This document shows positions 39,635 to 48,193 of a DNA stretch of 64,000 nucleotides, in pieces. This stretch comes from an uncultured Acidobacteriota bacterium (GTDB taxonomy: Bacteria > Acidobacteriota > Polarisedimenticolia > J045). The notes under the pieces were generated by a model. It saw only the letters and a program-made list of their open reading frames with translations. It had not been told where the DNA came from and ran no database searches. Made by a program: the position numbers and the translations under genes. The stretch lies in the NCBI GenBank assembly GCA_963702425.1, contig CAVPCQ010000032.1, positions 64,001 to 128,000 on the forward strand, read 5' to 3'. Within the stretch, counting starts at the first letter, position 1. Every line of letters begins with the position of its first letter.

Positions 39635-39745
39635 TGTTGGCCCAGATCCACCCGCCCGACACCGCCCGCGTGATCCTCGACTGCCTCGGGCTGGCCTCCC
39701 GTGCCCCGCCCCGCACGCCGGCCCGCGCCGAGCCGGACTCGCTCC
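39635..39745 (+). mobile_element. second IS91-like C-terminal remnant
   Basis: VLAQIHPPDTARVILDCLGLASRAPP, near-identical to 35990-36070. Confidence 0.55.
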
Positions 39746-40203
39746 CCTTTCCCGCCAACACCGCCGCGGACTGAACTCCTGGACGAACGCCCCGGCCCAC
39801 GCGGGTCCTGACCACCTGGAGGGTGGATCTCCGCCGCCATGGCGGCCCTCCGCGCGTCCCATCCGGGGCCGCTCTCGCCGCCGCGCAGCGCTCGACCACG
39901 CTCCATCCACGCGGCCGGCCGTTCCCGCCGCTGGCGGCGCACCGACTTCGGCTGGCGTGTCATGAACGCGGCACTCCAGCTGCGCTACCGGGAGTTCCCA
40001 GCCTCCTTCGCTGCGGCGGCTTGAATCTGCTGCCCACTTCTCTTCGGTATGCGGAGAAGTTACAAAGCAATGATTTATCTTCCGGCCGGGGGTGAGTTGC
40101 CCGGGAGGCTTGTCCGCGAAGTCTGCCACGTCCACCACGACGCGTATCGCCGGGCGAACCCCGCCTGTTCGGCGTACGCTCCCCCTCATGAAAGGGGAAA
40201 GAC

Positions 40204-41952
40204 ATGCAAACTCCCAAGGATGGTGGCAAGCCCAAGAATGGTGGAATGCCCGGCAGAAAAATCGAAGTGGGCTCCTTCCGCGGAAAGGAGGTGACGTTCC
40301 TCGCACGCCGGCTGGTGATCCAGCTGGCGGCGTCGGAGGATGAGAAGTTGCTCATGGAATCCGTGGCGACCCTGATGGCCAAGGCCAAGGGCGCACGCGT
40401 GATGCGCGGGCCGAGTGCCACAGGTCGGATCCTGGTCATGCTGCCGGAAGGCCAGAGCGTGATCGAATGGGCCGCACGCTTCTCCGACGAGCGCGCCGTC
40501 GCCTACGCCGAGCCGGACATGCTGGAGCGGCTCCAGATCGTGCCGAACGACACACTGTACTCGAGCCAGTGGAGTCCGGGGATGGTGAATGCGGAGCAAG
40601 CCTGGGACCTCGAGACCGGCAAGACCAATGTGATCATCGGGATCATCGACTCCGGGATCTCCATCACCGGCGGGGCACTGGACCATGACGACCTCAACAC
40701 GCCGGGGCGCTTCGTCCTGGGGACGGACTTCGTGGATGGGGGCACGCCTCGCGACCTGAACGGCCACGGCACACACGTGACGGGGATTGCGGCAGCGATG
40801 GGCGACAACGGCACTGGGATCGCGGGGATGAACTGGGGATCGCAAGTATACATCTGTCGGACGTTCGATGCGGGAGGGAACGGCAGCTCGGCGGACTTTG
40901 CCGACGCCGTCGAGGAGATCACGGATTTCGCCGTGGCCAACGGGCTGAAGGCAGTGATCAACTACAGCGGCGGCGGCGTGGACAACCAGACTAAACAAGA
41001 CGCCGCCACGTACGCGTCGAACAACGGGATGCTCCTGGTTGCGGCGACCGGCAACGACAACGGCGGACCGGTGATCTTCCCGGCCGCGTATTCGACCACG
41101 ATCACGGGAGTCATCGCGGTCGGATCGACGGATTCCAACGACACCGTCTCGGGATTCTCGAACGTTGGACCCGAGGTGACCGTGGTGGCGCCGGGCGGCG
41201 ACATCCTATCGACGACGCCAACCTACAACGTGACCCTCTCGGGCCCGCCGGCCAACCTCGCGCTCAACCACGGCAACCTGAGCGGAACTTCCATGGCGAC
41301 GCCCATGGTCACTGGGTTGGCGGCCTTGATGTGGAGCCGGCACCCCAGCCACACGAATCAGAAGGTCAAGCAGTGCCTGATCGACACGGCCGTCAAGCTG
41401 GGCTCGGGGAACTTCGACAACAGCTGGGGCTTCGGCCGAATCGACGCGTACGCCGCACTCAAGTGCGGAGACTGGATCATGCCCTCGAAGCTAATCCTCT
41501 GCAAGTCGAGGCTGGTCCTCTGCACGTCGAAGCTGAGCACTTGCAGGACGCAGCTGTCCGTCTGCAAGTCGAAGCTGACCATCTGCAGCTCGCAGCTGGT
41601 AATCTGCAAATCGCAGTTGACAGTCTGCAAGTCGCAACTGACGCTCTGCGGAAAGTCGCAGTTGGTTCTCTGCCCAACCAAGTCGTTCCTCGATGCCTGC
41701 CCGGTCAGGTCGGTCCTGGCGGCCTGCCCTTCAGCGGTGGACGCGTGCCCGTCGACGCCCGGAGGATGCGAGTTCGTCGACCCGAGAGAACTTCTGGTCG
41801 ACCCGCTCATCCGGATCGCGGGACTTGAGTACCGGCTTCAGGAGCTCAAGACGGAGCTGTGGTACGGTGCGGGCGCGGCCAAGGCGCCCGATGCCGGCGA
41901 CGACGACGGTTGGTTCGTCCTCGACGACGGTGGCAATATCCACCTCATCTAA
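40204..41952 (+). CDS. S8 subtilisin-like peptidase (propeptide + catalytic domain) fused to a Ser/Cys-repeat putative lanthipeptide precursor tail
   Basis: Propeptide ending YAEPD; triad IIDSG / NGHGTHVTG / SGTSMATP; oxyanion Asn AATGND; then 13 x (S/T)X4C. Alternative start at 40246. Confidence 0.9.
   Translation: MQTPKDGGKPKNGGMPGRKIEVGSFRGKEVTFLARRLVIQLAASEDEKLLMESVATLMAKAKGARVMRGPSATGRILVMLPEGQSVIEWAARFSDERAVAYAEPDMLERLQIVPNDTLYSSQWSPGMVNAEQAWDLETGKTNVIIGIIDSGISITGGALDHDDLNTPGRFVLGTDFVDGGTPRDLNGHGTHVTGIAAAMGDNGTGIAGMNWGSQVYICRTFDAGGNGSSADFADAVEEITDFAVANGLKAVINYSGGGVDNQTKQDAATYASNNGMLLVAATGNDNGGPVIFPAAYSTTITGVIAVGSTDSNDTVSGFSNVGPEVTVVAPGGDILSTTPTYNVTLSGPPANLALNHGNLSGTSMATPMVTGLAALMWSRHPSHTNQKVKQCLIDTAVKLGSGNFDNSWGFGRIDAYAALKCGDWIMPSKLILCKSRLVLCTSKLSTCRTQLSVCKSKLTICSSQLVICKSQLTVCKSQLTLCGKSQLVLCPTKSFLDACPVRSVLAACPSAVDACPSTPGGCEFVDPRELLVDPLIRIAGLEYRLQELKTELWYGAGAAKAPDAGDDDGWFVLDDGGNIHLI
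41485..41769 (+). repeat. 13 tandem coding repeats (21-27 nt) encoding (S/T)-X4-C
   Basis: Examples TCGAAGCTGACCATCTGCAGC / TCGCAGCTGGTAATCTGCAAA / TCGCAGTTGACAGTCTGCAAG. Confidence 0.95.
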
Positions 41953-41973
41953 GTCAAGCAGGAGGACTGTGGT

Positions 41974-43005
41974 GTGAGTGAACTGGGACTGGCCCGGCGG
42001 GCTGCGCGATTCGTGATCACACGTGGGTTGATCTCGCACGAGGAGGTCCATCGCTACGGGATCCGAGCCCGGGACCTATCCCAGTCCAACGGCGTTGCGC
42101 TGGTCGAGTCCGGCAACGGACGAGGCTTCGTGGCGAAGGATATGAGGCCGACGCGCTCGGGGGACCAGGGTTCCCCCGAGCGCGAACTCGGCCTCTACCG
42201 GGCCATCTCGGGCCGGAAGGAGCTCGAGGCCTTCACGCCGCGGTTCCATGGGTACGACGACGGGGAACACATCCTGCTCATCGAGGGCCTTTCGTCGTCT
42301 CGGCGCCTCGATCAGCTCGGCGGCGGGCGAAGCGTGCTGGATCCTGAACTAGCGGGTCGGGTCGGCGCGGCCTTGGGTCTGTGGCACCTGCGTGCGGCGG
42401 CGCTGGACGGTCTGGATCGAGCCGTGATCTGGTTCCTCGGCATCGACGGCGAGAACCGCCTGGCCGTACTCGATGCTGATGCGCGTCTGCGCGAGCTCAC
42501 CCTGAAGATCCTCTCCGACCCAGAGTTGAAGAAGTGCCTGGTGCGCGTGCGTGCCCACTGGACGGACGAGACGGTGATCCACGGCGATGTGCGCTTCGCC
42601 AACGTCATGGTCTGTCCCGCACCGCAAGTCGTTCGCTTCATCGACTGGGAGACCAGCGGGATGGGCGATCCGGCCTGGGACGTGGCGGGCGGCGTCCAGG
42701 AGTATCTGAGCGTAGGGATCGCGGGCGGACATCCGCTGGAGAGTTCGCCGGCCGGAGATCCGGTGGAGGCGTTCCTCAGGCGCTACCGGGAGACGTCTCG
42801 CAGCTCGATGCCGTGGTCGCGCTTCGCGCCCTTCGTCGCGTGCCGCCTGATGATGCGGGCGCTGCAGCTGACGTTGTGGGATGGGGACGCACGGGAGGCG
42901 ACCGAGCAGCACCTGAAACTGGCCGCAGAGATCGGCACAAGGACGGAAAGTCCGTTCGAGCGCGTTCCGCAGGACGACCCGGCACTCCAGTCCACGGACC
43001 AATGA
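41974..43005 (+). CDS. APH/phosphotransferase-family kinase (LanK-like)
   Basis: FVAK, IHGDVRFANVMV, FIDWE, GDPAWDVA. Confidence 0.85.
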   Translation: MSELGLARRAARFVITRGLISHEEVHRYGIRARDLSQSNGVALVESGNGRGFVAKDMRPTRSGDQGSPERELGLYRAISGRKELEAFTPRFHGYDDGEHILLIEGLSSSRRLDQLGGGRSVLDPELAGRVGAALGLWHLRAAALDGLDRAVIWFLGIDGENRLAVLDADARLRELTLKILSDPELKKCLVRVRAHWTDETVIHGDVRFANVMVCPAPQVVRFIDWETSGMGDPAWDVAGGVQEYLSVGIAGGHPLESSPAGDPVEAFLRRYRETSRSSMPWSRFAPFVACRLMMRALQLTLWDGDAREATEQHLKLAAEIGTRTESPFERVPQDDPALQSTDQ

Positions 43006-43937
43006 TCAGCGCCATGCACGGCGATCTCCTCGAAGCGGCTGAGTGGTTGGTCGACCAAACCCTACGCCACGAGGCAGCGAACGAGGGTCCTGACGAGCTG
43101 GCGCTCAGGCTCTACGATTGGTACCTGAATACGTCGCCGCTGCCCAAGCCCACGGGTCCACTGCTCCCCTATGAGCTCAACCTGCCGGCTGCCGTGCGCG
43201 GTGCACACCATGAAACGCCCCGCTTCGAGGGCGGATGGAAGGCGCAGACCGCTTCATCGTGGGGGCGGGTGGTGGCGAACAAGGGAGACGAGACCCGAGT
43301 GCTCGAGCGCAGCGAGTATACGGTTCCCGGCCGACGTGGGTTGCGCGCCCAACACGGCGACGCTCTCCTCGTCTCCCGCTGCTGGGACTGGGTCGACGAG
43401 GAGACCGGATTCTGGCACTACAGGCGCGGGACCTGGCCTCCCCCCGGAGCGGACCGCCTCGTCCGGATCTATTGGAACTGTGTGCCTGCCGAGGCTCCGC
43501 GCGTCATTGCGCAGGTGTCCCTGGTTCTGGGCGCCGCGGCCGATGTCCCGTTCATGGTGAAGACCCCCGCGCGATCCGATCACAACGGACGCGCGGACGC
43601 CGTCGTGAGCTACCTGGGACCCGATGGGTATTCGAGATTCGAGTGCGAGCTCCGAGCGACCGCGGAGTCGCTCGCTGTGTGCCTGCGGCCGCAGACTCCG
43701 CGAATGACGCATCGGCTGGCCCCCGGAGTAGCCCTCACCGAAGGCAAACTGGGCGGAGACAGCTTCGGCGATGTGCGTTGCCGACTCTTGGCCGATACGT
43801 TTTGCGAGGCAAGCGCCGAGGCTCGCCGCTCGGTGCCGCAGCTTGTGGAGAGGATCGGTGCAGACTTCCGAGCGACGGGCCTGGACCCCGCACGCCCATA
43901 CCTCGAGCCAGGGCCGGTTCGTGACTACGACGGTTGA
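43002..43937 (+). CDS. HopA1-like protein (LanY-like phospho-lyase)
   Basis: LVRIYWN, PFMVK, RADAVVSY, GDSFGDVRCRLLA, GLDPARPY; ATGA overlap with the kinase stop. Confidence 0.75.
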   Translation: MISAMHGDLLEAAEWLVDQTLRHEAANEGPDELALRLYDWYLNTSPLPKPTGPLLPYELNLPAAVRGAHHETPRFEGGWKAQTASSWGRVVANKGDETRVLERSEYTVPGRRGLRAQHGDALLVSRCWDWVDEETGFWHYRRGTWPPPGADRLVRIYWNCVPAEAPRVIAQVSLVLGAAADVPFMVKTPARSDHNGRADAVVSYLGPDGYSRFECELRATAESLAVCLRPQTPRMTHRLAPGVALTEGKLGGDSFGDVRCRLLADTFCEASAEARRSVPQLVERIGADFRATGLDPARPYLEPGPVRDYDG

Positions 43938-45408
43938 CTACCTGGCGCTCGCGGGCGGCATCGCGAATCGGCTGTGCGACGAGGCCATCCGCAGCCAGGG
44001 GCGCGCGACGTGGCTCGGCGACGAGAAGGAGAGTTTCGACGGAAGCTGGGAGGTCGTTTGCAAGACCGTCGACGGAGACCTGTACGGTGGCACGGCCGGA
44101 ATCGGCCTGTTCCTCGCCCGGATGGCCGCCGCGACGAAGGACCCTCGTTACCGCACCACAGCGCTCGAGGCCTTGGCCCACGCGACGGAGTGGACGCGGC
44201 GCACTCGATCCCTGGGCACGCTCTACGGCGGAGCGGCGGGCGTAGCAGCTGAGCTGGCGGAAGCCGGAAGGCTGCTCGATGAGCCGGGATTGACGGACGA
44301 GGCCTTTCGTGTCGCAGGCGAGAGCATCGACCACCCACCTCAGGGGGCGAACGACTTGATCTCCGGCCGGGCGGGGTCGATCGTCGCGCTTCTGCACCTC
44401 GCGCGGACGTTGCCCTTCGACGCCGCGTTGGAAGCAGCTCGCGAGCTCGGCGAGCAGATCGTGAAGGCCGCTGTGGGAACGCCATTCCCGGGCGCTGCCT
44501 GGCCATCGGACATCGGGCCGAACGAGCCTCCCCTGTGCGGACTCTCGCACGGTGCCTCGGGTATCGCCTGGGCCCTGGAGGAACTCGCGCTGATCACCGG
44601 AGAGCAACGCTACAGCCAGGTTGCTGCTTCCGCGGCCGCCTATGAACGGGCCTGGTACCAGCGGGAGGAGGGGAACTGGCCGGACCTCCGAGAGTTCACT
44701 CGCGCCAAGCTGGCGCGCGGCGAAGCCCCCGGCTTCCCGATGTTCTGGTGCCACGGTGCCGTCGGGATCGGTCTGGTGCGCCTGCGCCAATTCGAATTGA
44801 CCGGGGAGACGGTCTACGCCGTAGAGGCCGAAGCTGCCATGATGTCCGCCGAGAAACAGATCGCAGAGGTCTTCGAGGCACCGCGAGTCGACCTATCCCT
44901 GTGCCACGGTGTGGCTGGATTCGCTGAACTGTTCCTCGAGGGGGCTCGGGTCTTCGCACAACCGCTCTTGCGTGAGAAGGCGCTGTCCTGCGTCGACTTG
45001 GCGGCGCGCTGTGGGCAAGACGGGGCAGGGCCGTGGCCGTGCGGCATCCCCGACGGTGGCGAGAACCCCAGCCTCATGGTCGGGCTCGCGGGTATCGGGA
45101 TGATGTTCCTCAGAGCGGCCGATTCCAGCGTGCCTTCGGTGGGCCTGCCCTATACTCTACCGATCATGATTCCCCGATTGATCGTCCAGCTCAAAGTCAC
45201 CGAATCGCCGGCCGACCTGCAGGCTCGCGCAGCCGAGGTCGCCGCACTTCTGCCCGGCAGCCGCATAGAACGGATCTCTCGGCGCGGGCGCGTCCTCATT
45301 CGCCTACCCGCGGGTGCATCCGCAGAGTCTGCGGCACGATCGCTTTCCGGCCGCCAGGGAGTGGAGTACGCCGAACCCGACGCCGTGGACCACCAGACTG
45401 GCGAGTAG
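43921..45408 (+). CDS. LanC-like lanthionine cyclase with C-terminal subtilisin-propeptide-like domain
   Basis: LYGGTAGI, GLSHGASGI, WCHGAVG and SLCHGVAG (Zn ligands), LMVGLAGIG; about 80-aa tail ending VEYAEPD. Confidence 0.9.
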   Translation: MTTTVDYLALAGGIANRLCDEAIRSQGRATWLGDEKESFDGSWEVVCKTVDGDLYGGTAGIGLFLARMAAATKDPRYRTTALEALAHATEWTRRTRSLGTLYGGAAGVAAELAEAGRLLDEPGLTDEAFRVAGESIDHPPQGANDLISGRAGSIVALLHLARTLPFDAALEAARELGEQIVKAAVGTPFPGAAWPSDIGPNEPPLCGLSHGASGIAWALEELALITGEQRYSQVAASAAAYERAWYQREEGNWPDLREFTRAKLARGEAPGFPMFWCHGAVGIGLVRLRQFELTGETVYAVEAEAAMMSAEKQIAEVFEAPRVDLSLCHGVAGFAELFLEGARVFAQPLLREKALSCVDLAARCGQDGAGPWPCGIPDGGENPSLMVGLAGIGMMFLRAADSSVPSVGLPYTLPIMIPRLIVQLKVTESPADLQARAAEVAALLPGSRIERISRRGRVLIRLPAGASAESAARSLSGRQGVEYAEPDAVDHQTGE

Positions 45409-45468
45409 GGTTTCGAAGGCGTTGTTGGCTAGATGCATCAAAGAGGCAGGAGTGTGCCTGGCCACTAC

Positions 45469-46020
45469 CCCGTCCGCCTTGCCCTTCAACGAGTTGCGTT
45501 CCGATGCAGGAGATCCGGATCGCCATCATTCAGCCCGCAACCGTCATTCGCTGGCATCGCAAAGGTTTCAGACGGTACTGGCACTGGAAGTCGCGGCGCC
45601 ACGCTGGACGCCCGACCTCAACGGCCAATACCCGCGCTCTCGTCCACCTCATGGCGGCCGAGAATCCGTCGCGGGGCGCGCCGCGATCTCCTCGACCACG
45701 TCATCGTCCTCAACGAGAAGCACCTGCAGCGCCTTGTGGCCTGCTTCGCCTCGTACGGCCTCGACAACCGGACGCACTTGTCCCTGAAGAGGGATGCGCC
45801 CGCGATGCGAGCCGTGGAGTCGAGCCCGCATCCAGCCGCCGAGATCATCGCTCGACCTCGCCTCGGCGGGCTTCATCATCGCTACGCTTGGCGCCGCGCG
45901 GCTTGACGATTCCGCTCGACCCGTCCACCGCCGCGGCCTCGTCGTGGAGCGGCTGTGCCTTTGTGGAAGGCAGACCGTCGCCATCTCTGTCAACCGATGG
46001 GCATGACCGTCCCCGACACA
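45469..46020 (+). mobile_element. degenerate integrase-core IS remnant, copy 2 (inverted relative to 27190-28235)
   Basis: IIQPATVIRWHRKGF, HVIVLNEKHLQRL, RLGGLHHRY; shared flank CCGTCCGC.TTGCCCTTCAA.GAGTTGCGTTCC. Confidence 0.75.
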
Positions 46021-46368
46021 CGTAGGGGCGCGTTCGGCCGGCGTGTTTGCCTGCCATTCCAAGCCGCGTGAGCCATCAGCAATGCGCCTGCTCGATATTG
46101 GCGAAGAACAGGTGGCTCGGGAGCTGGCGGGCTGGACTTCCAGCGGCTCTTCGGGTGCGGCCCCTTCGTGGCCGGCCTCTGCGAGCGAGCGCGGCGGGGA
46201 GCGGCGGCACGGCTCCATGCCCCCCGGACTCCGCCTGCCGGCGCGAGGCCGATCCGAGAGGCGCCGGAGGCGGTCTCCGGGCGTTGCCAGGAAGAGCGGC
46301 GCTGGAGTAGTCTCGCGCCGTTCGCAACAGGCGATCCGCGCCGTGCGCGGTCGCGCGGAGGACTCGAG

Positions 46369-47196
46369 ATGAGGCCAGGCTGGAGTATCGGTCGTCGGGC
46401 GGCGTTATTAAGCCTCGCGGTCGCCGCGCTGGTTCCAGCGGTGTCGCGGGCCGAGGTGCCGGCGGACAAGTGGGAGTGGCGCGTCACCCTCTACGGCTGG
46501 TTCCCGGCGATCGACGGAACCACGGACTTCCCGACCGGCGGGACCGGCCCGTCGTTCCAGGTCGACGCCAGCTCCATCATCGAGAACCTGAAGTTCGCCG
46601 CGATGGGCACGTTTGCGGGGCGCAAGGGACGGTGGGGCGGGTGGGCCGACGTGCTGTACGCCAACGTCGGCGACGACAAGTCCCGATCGCGCGACTTCAC
46701 CATCGGCGGGGCCGAGGTGCCCGGCGACGTCAACGTGGACGCCAACCTCGATATCAAGTCTTGGCTCGTGACCGCGGCCGGGACCTACCTGCTGAGCAAG
46801 ACCCCGCGGAATGAAACCGAATTGCTGGGCGGCTTCCGCATGCTCAACATGGACCAGACGCTCGAGTGGAGCGTCGACGGAAACATCGGCCCGCTCGAAT
46901 TGCCCGGTCGCAACGGCACCGCCGCCATCAGTGCGTCGAACTGGGACGGCATCATCGGCCTGAAGGGAATCGCAACGCTGAGCGGAAACGGGCACTGGAT
47001 CCTGCCGTACTACCTGGACGTGGGGACGGGCCAGTCGGATCTCACCTGGCAGGCCTTCGCCGCGATCGGCTACCGGTTCAAGTGGGGCGCGACGACCCTC
47101 GGCTGGCGCTACCTCGATTACCAGTTCGATTCGGACATGCGGCTCCAGGATCTCAGCCTGAATGGGCCGTTCGTCAGCCTGAGCTTTGCTTGGTGA
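46369..47196 (+). CDS. outer-membrane beta-barrel protein
   Basis: Signal peptide, alternating beta strands, C-terminal aromatic residue (LSFAW). Confidence 0.75.
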   Translation: MRPGWSIGRRAALLSLAVAALVPAVSRAEVPADKWEWRVTLYGWFPAIDGTTDFPTGGTGPSFQVDASSIIENLKFAAMGTFAGRKGRWGGWADVLYANVGDDKSRSRDFTIGGAEVPGDVNVDANLDIKSWLVTAAGTYLLSKTPRNETELLGGFRMLNMDQTLEWSVDGNIGPLELPGRNGTAAISASNWDGIIGLKGIATLSGNGHWILPYYLDVGTGQSDLTWQAFAAIGYRFKWGATTLGWRYLDYQFDSDMRLQDLSLNGPFVSLSFAW

Positions 47197-47314
47197 CCTG
47201 ATCCGCGCGGCGTGCCGTTCGCCGCGCCCCGGTGCCACGAATCGCGGGATGCGGGCAGGATCGCTCGTCCGTCGAGGTTGTTTCAGGCGCAGGCCGGATC
47301 AAGGAGGCACGGAA

Positions 47315-48193
47315 ATGAAGAGTTCGAAGACGAATCGCTCCGTCAAGACGGCCCTTGTTGTTTCCCTTCTGCTCCTGCTGTTCGGTGCCGCCGTAGCGGA
47401 CGCCGTCAGGGTGCAGGGCGTCATCAACGGACGAAGCGGGGCCACCATGACCGTCCGGAGCCCGGATTCGGGGATCGTGACCGTCCTCCTCACCCCGTCC
47501 ACGCATGTCGACGAGATGGAGTCGATCTTCGTCACGAACCGCCTGGCGCTGACGGCGCTGGTTCCCGGGCTCCAGGTCACCGTGGAAGGTGCGTTCGACT
47601 CCAGCAAGCAGCTGGTCGCGGACAAGGTCCTGTTCCAGGGCTCCGCGCTCCAGACGGCGCAGGACATCCAGGCGGGCCTGACGCCGGTCCAGCAGCAGCT
47701 CCAGCAGGATCAGAAGCAGATCCAGGCGGAGCAGAAAGCCACCGCCGCCCAGGCGGCGGCGATCGCCGCGAACAAGGCGGCCATCGCGGAGGCCAACAAG
47801 CGCTTCGGCGAGCTTGGCGACTACAACATCCTGGGCGAGGCCACCGTCCTGTTCGGGAACGGCACGGTCGCGGTGGATCCGCAATACAAGCCGCAGCTTC
47901 TGAAGCTGGCCGCGCAGGCCAAGGGGATCAAGGGCTACGTGATCTCGGTGCAGGGATACGCCTCGAAAGTCGGAAGCGCCGCGCTGAACCAGAAGCTGAG
48001 CTCTGAACGCGCGGCTAACGTGACGGCCTTCCTGGAGCAGGAGGGCGGGATCCCGCTGACCAACATGCTCGCTCCCGGCGCGATGGGGACGAGCAAGCAG
48101 GTGGCGCCGGATGCTACGGCGGAAGGGCAGGCTGAGAATCGGCGGGTCGTGGTCAGGATCCTGCAGAACAAGGCAATCGCCGGCGTCAACTGA
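47315..48193 (+). CDS. OmpA-family protein with N-terminal OB-like (DUF5666-like) domain and coiled coil
   Basis: Signal peptide; NQKLSSERAANV, GQAENRRVVV. Confidence 0.88.
   Translation: MKSSKTNRSVKTALVVSLLLLLFGAAVADAVRVQGVINGRSGATMTVRSPDSGIVTVLLTPSTHVDEMESIFVTNRLALTALVPGLQVTVEGAFDSSKQLVADKVLFQGSALQTAQDIQAGLTPVQQQLQQDQKQIQAEQKATAAQAAAIAANKAAIAEANKRFGELGDYNILGEATVLFGNGTVAVDPQYKPQLLKLAAQAKGIKGYVISVQGYASKVGSAALNQKLSSERAANVTAFLEQEGGIPLTNMLAPGAMGTSKQVAPDATAEGQAENRRVVVRILQNKAIAGVN

Noticed and set aside
41485-41769. 21-nt tandem repeats as a CRISPR array or non-coding VNTR
   Set aside because: No repeat-spacer structure, no cas genes, units are in-frame multiples of 3 and vary at synonymous positions; this is a coding repeat.
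43002-43937. HopA1-like gene as a type III secretion effector
   Set aside because: No T3SS context; its position between an APH kinase and LanC matches the RiPP lyase role.
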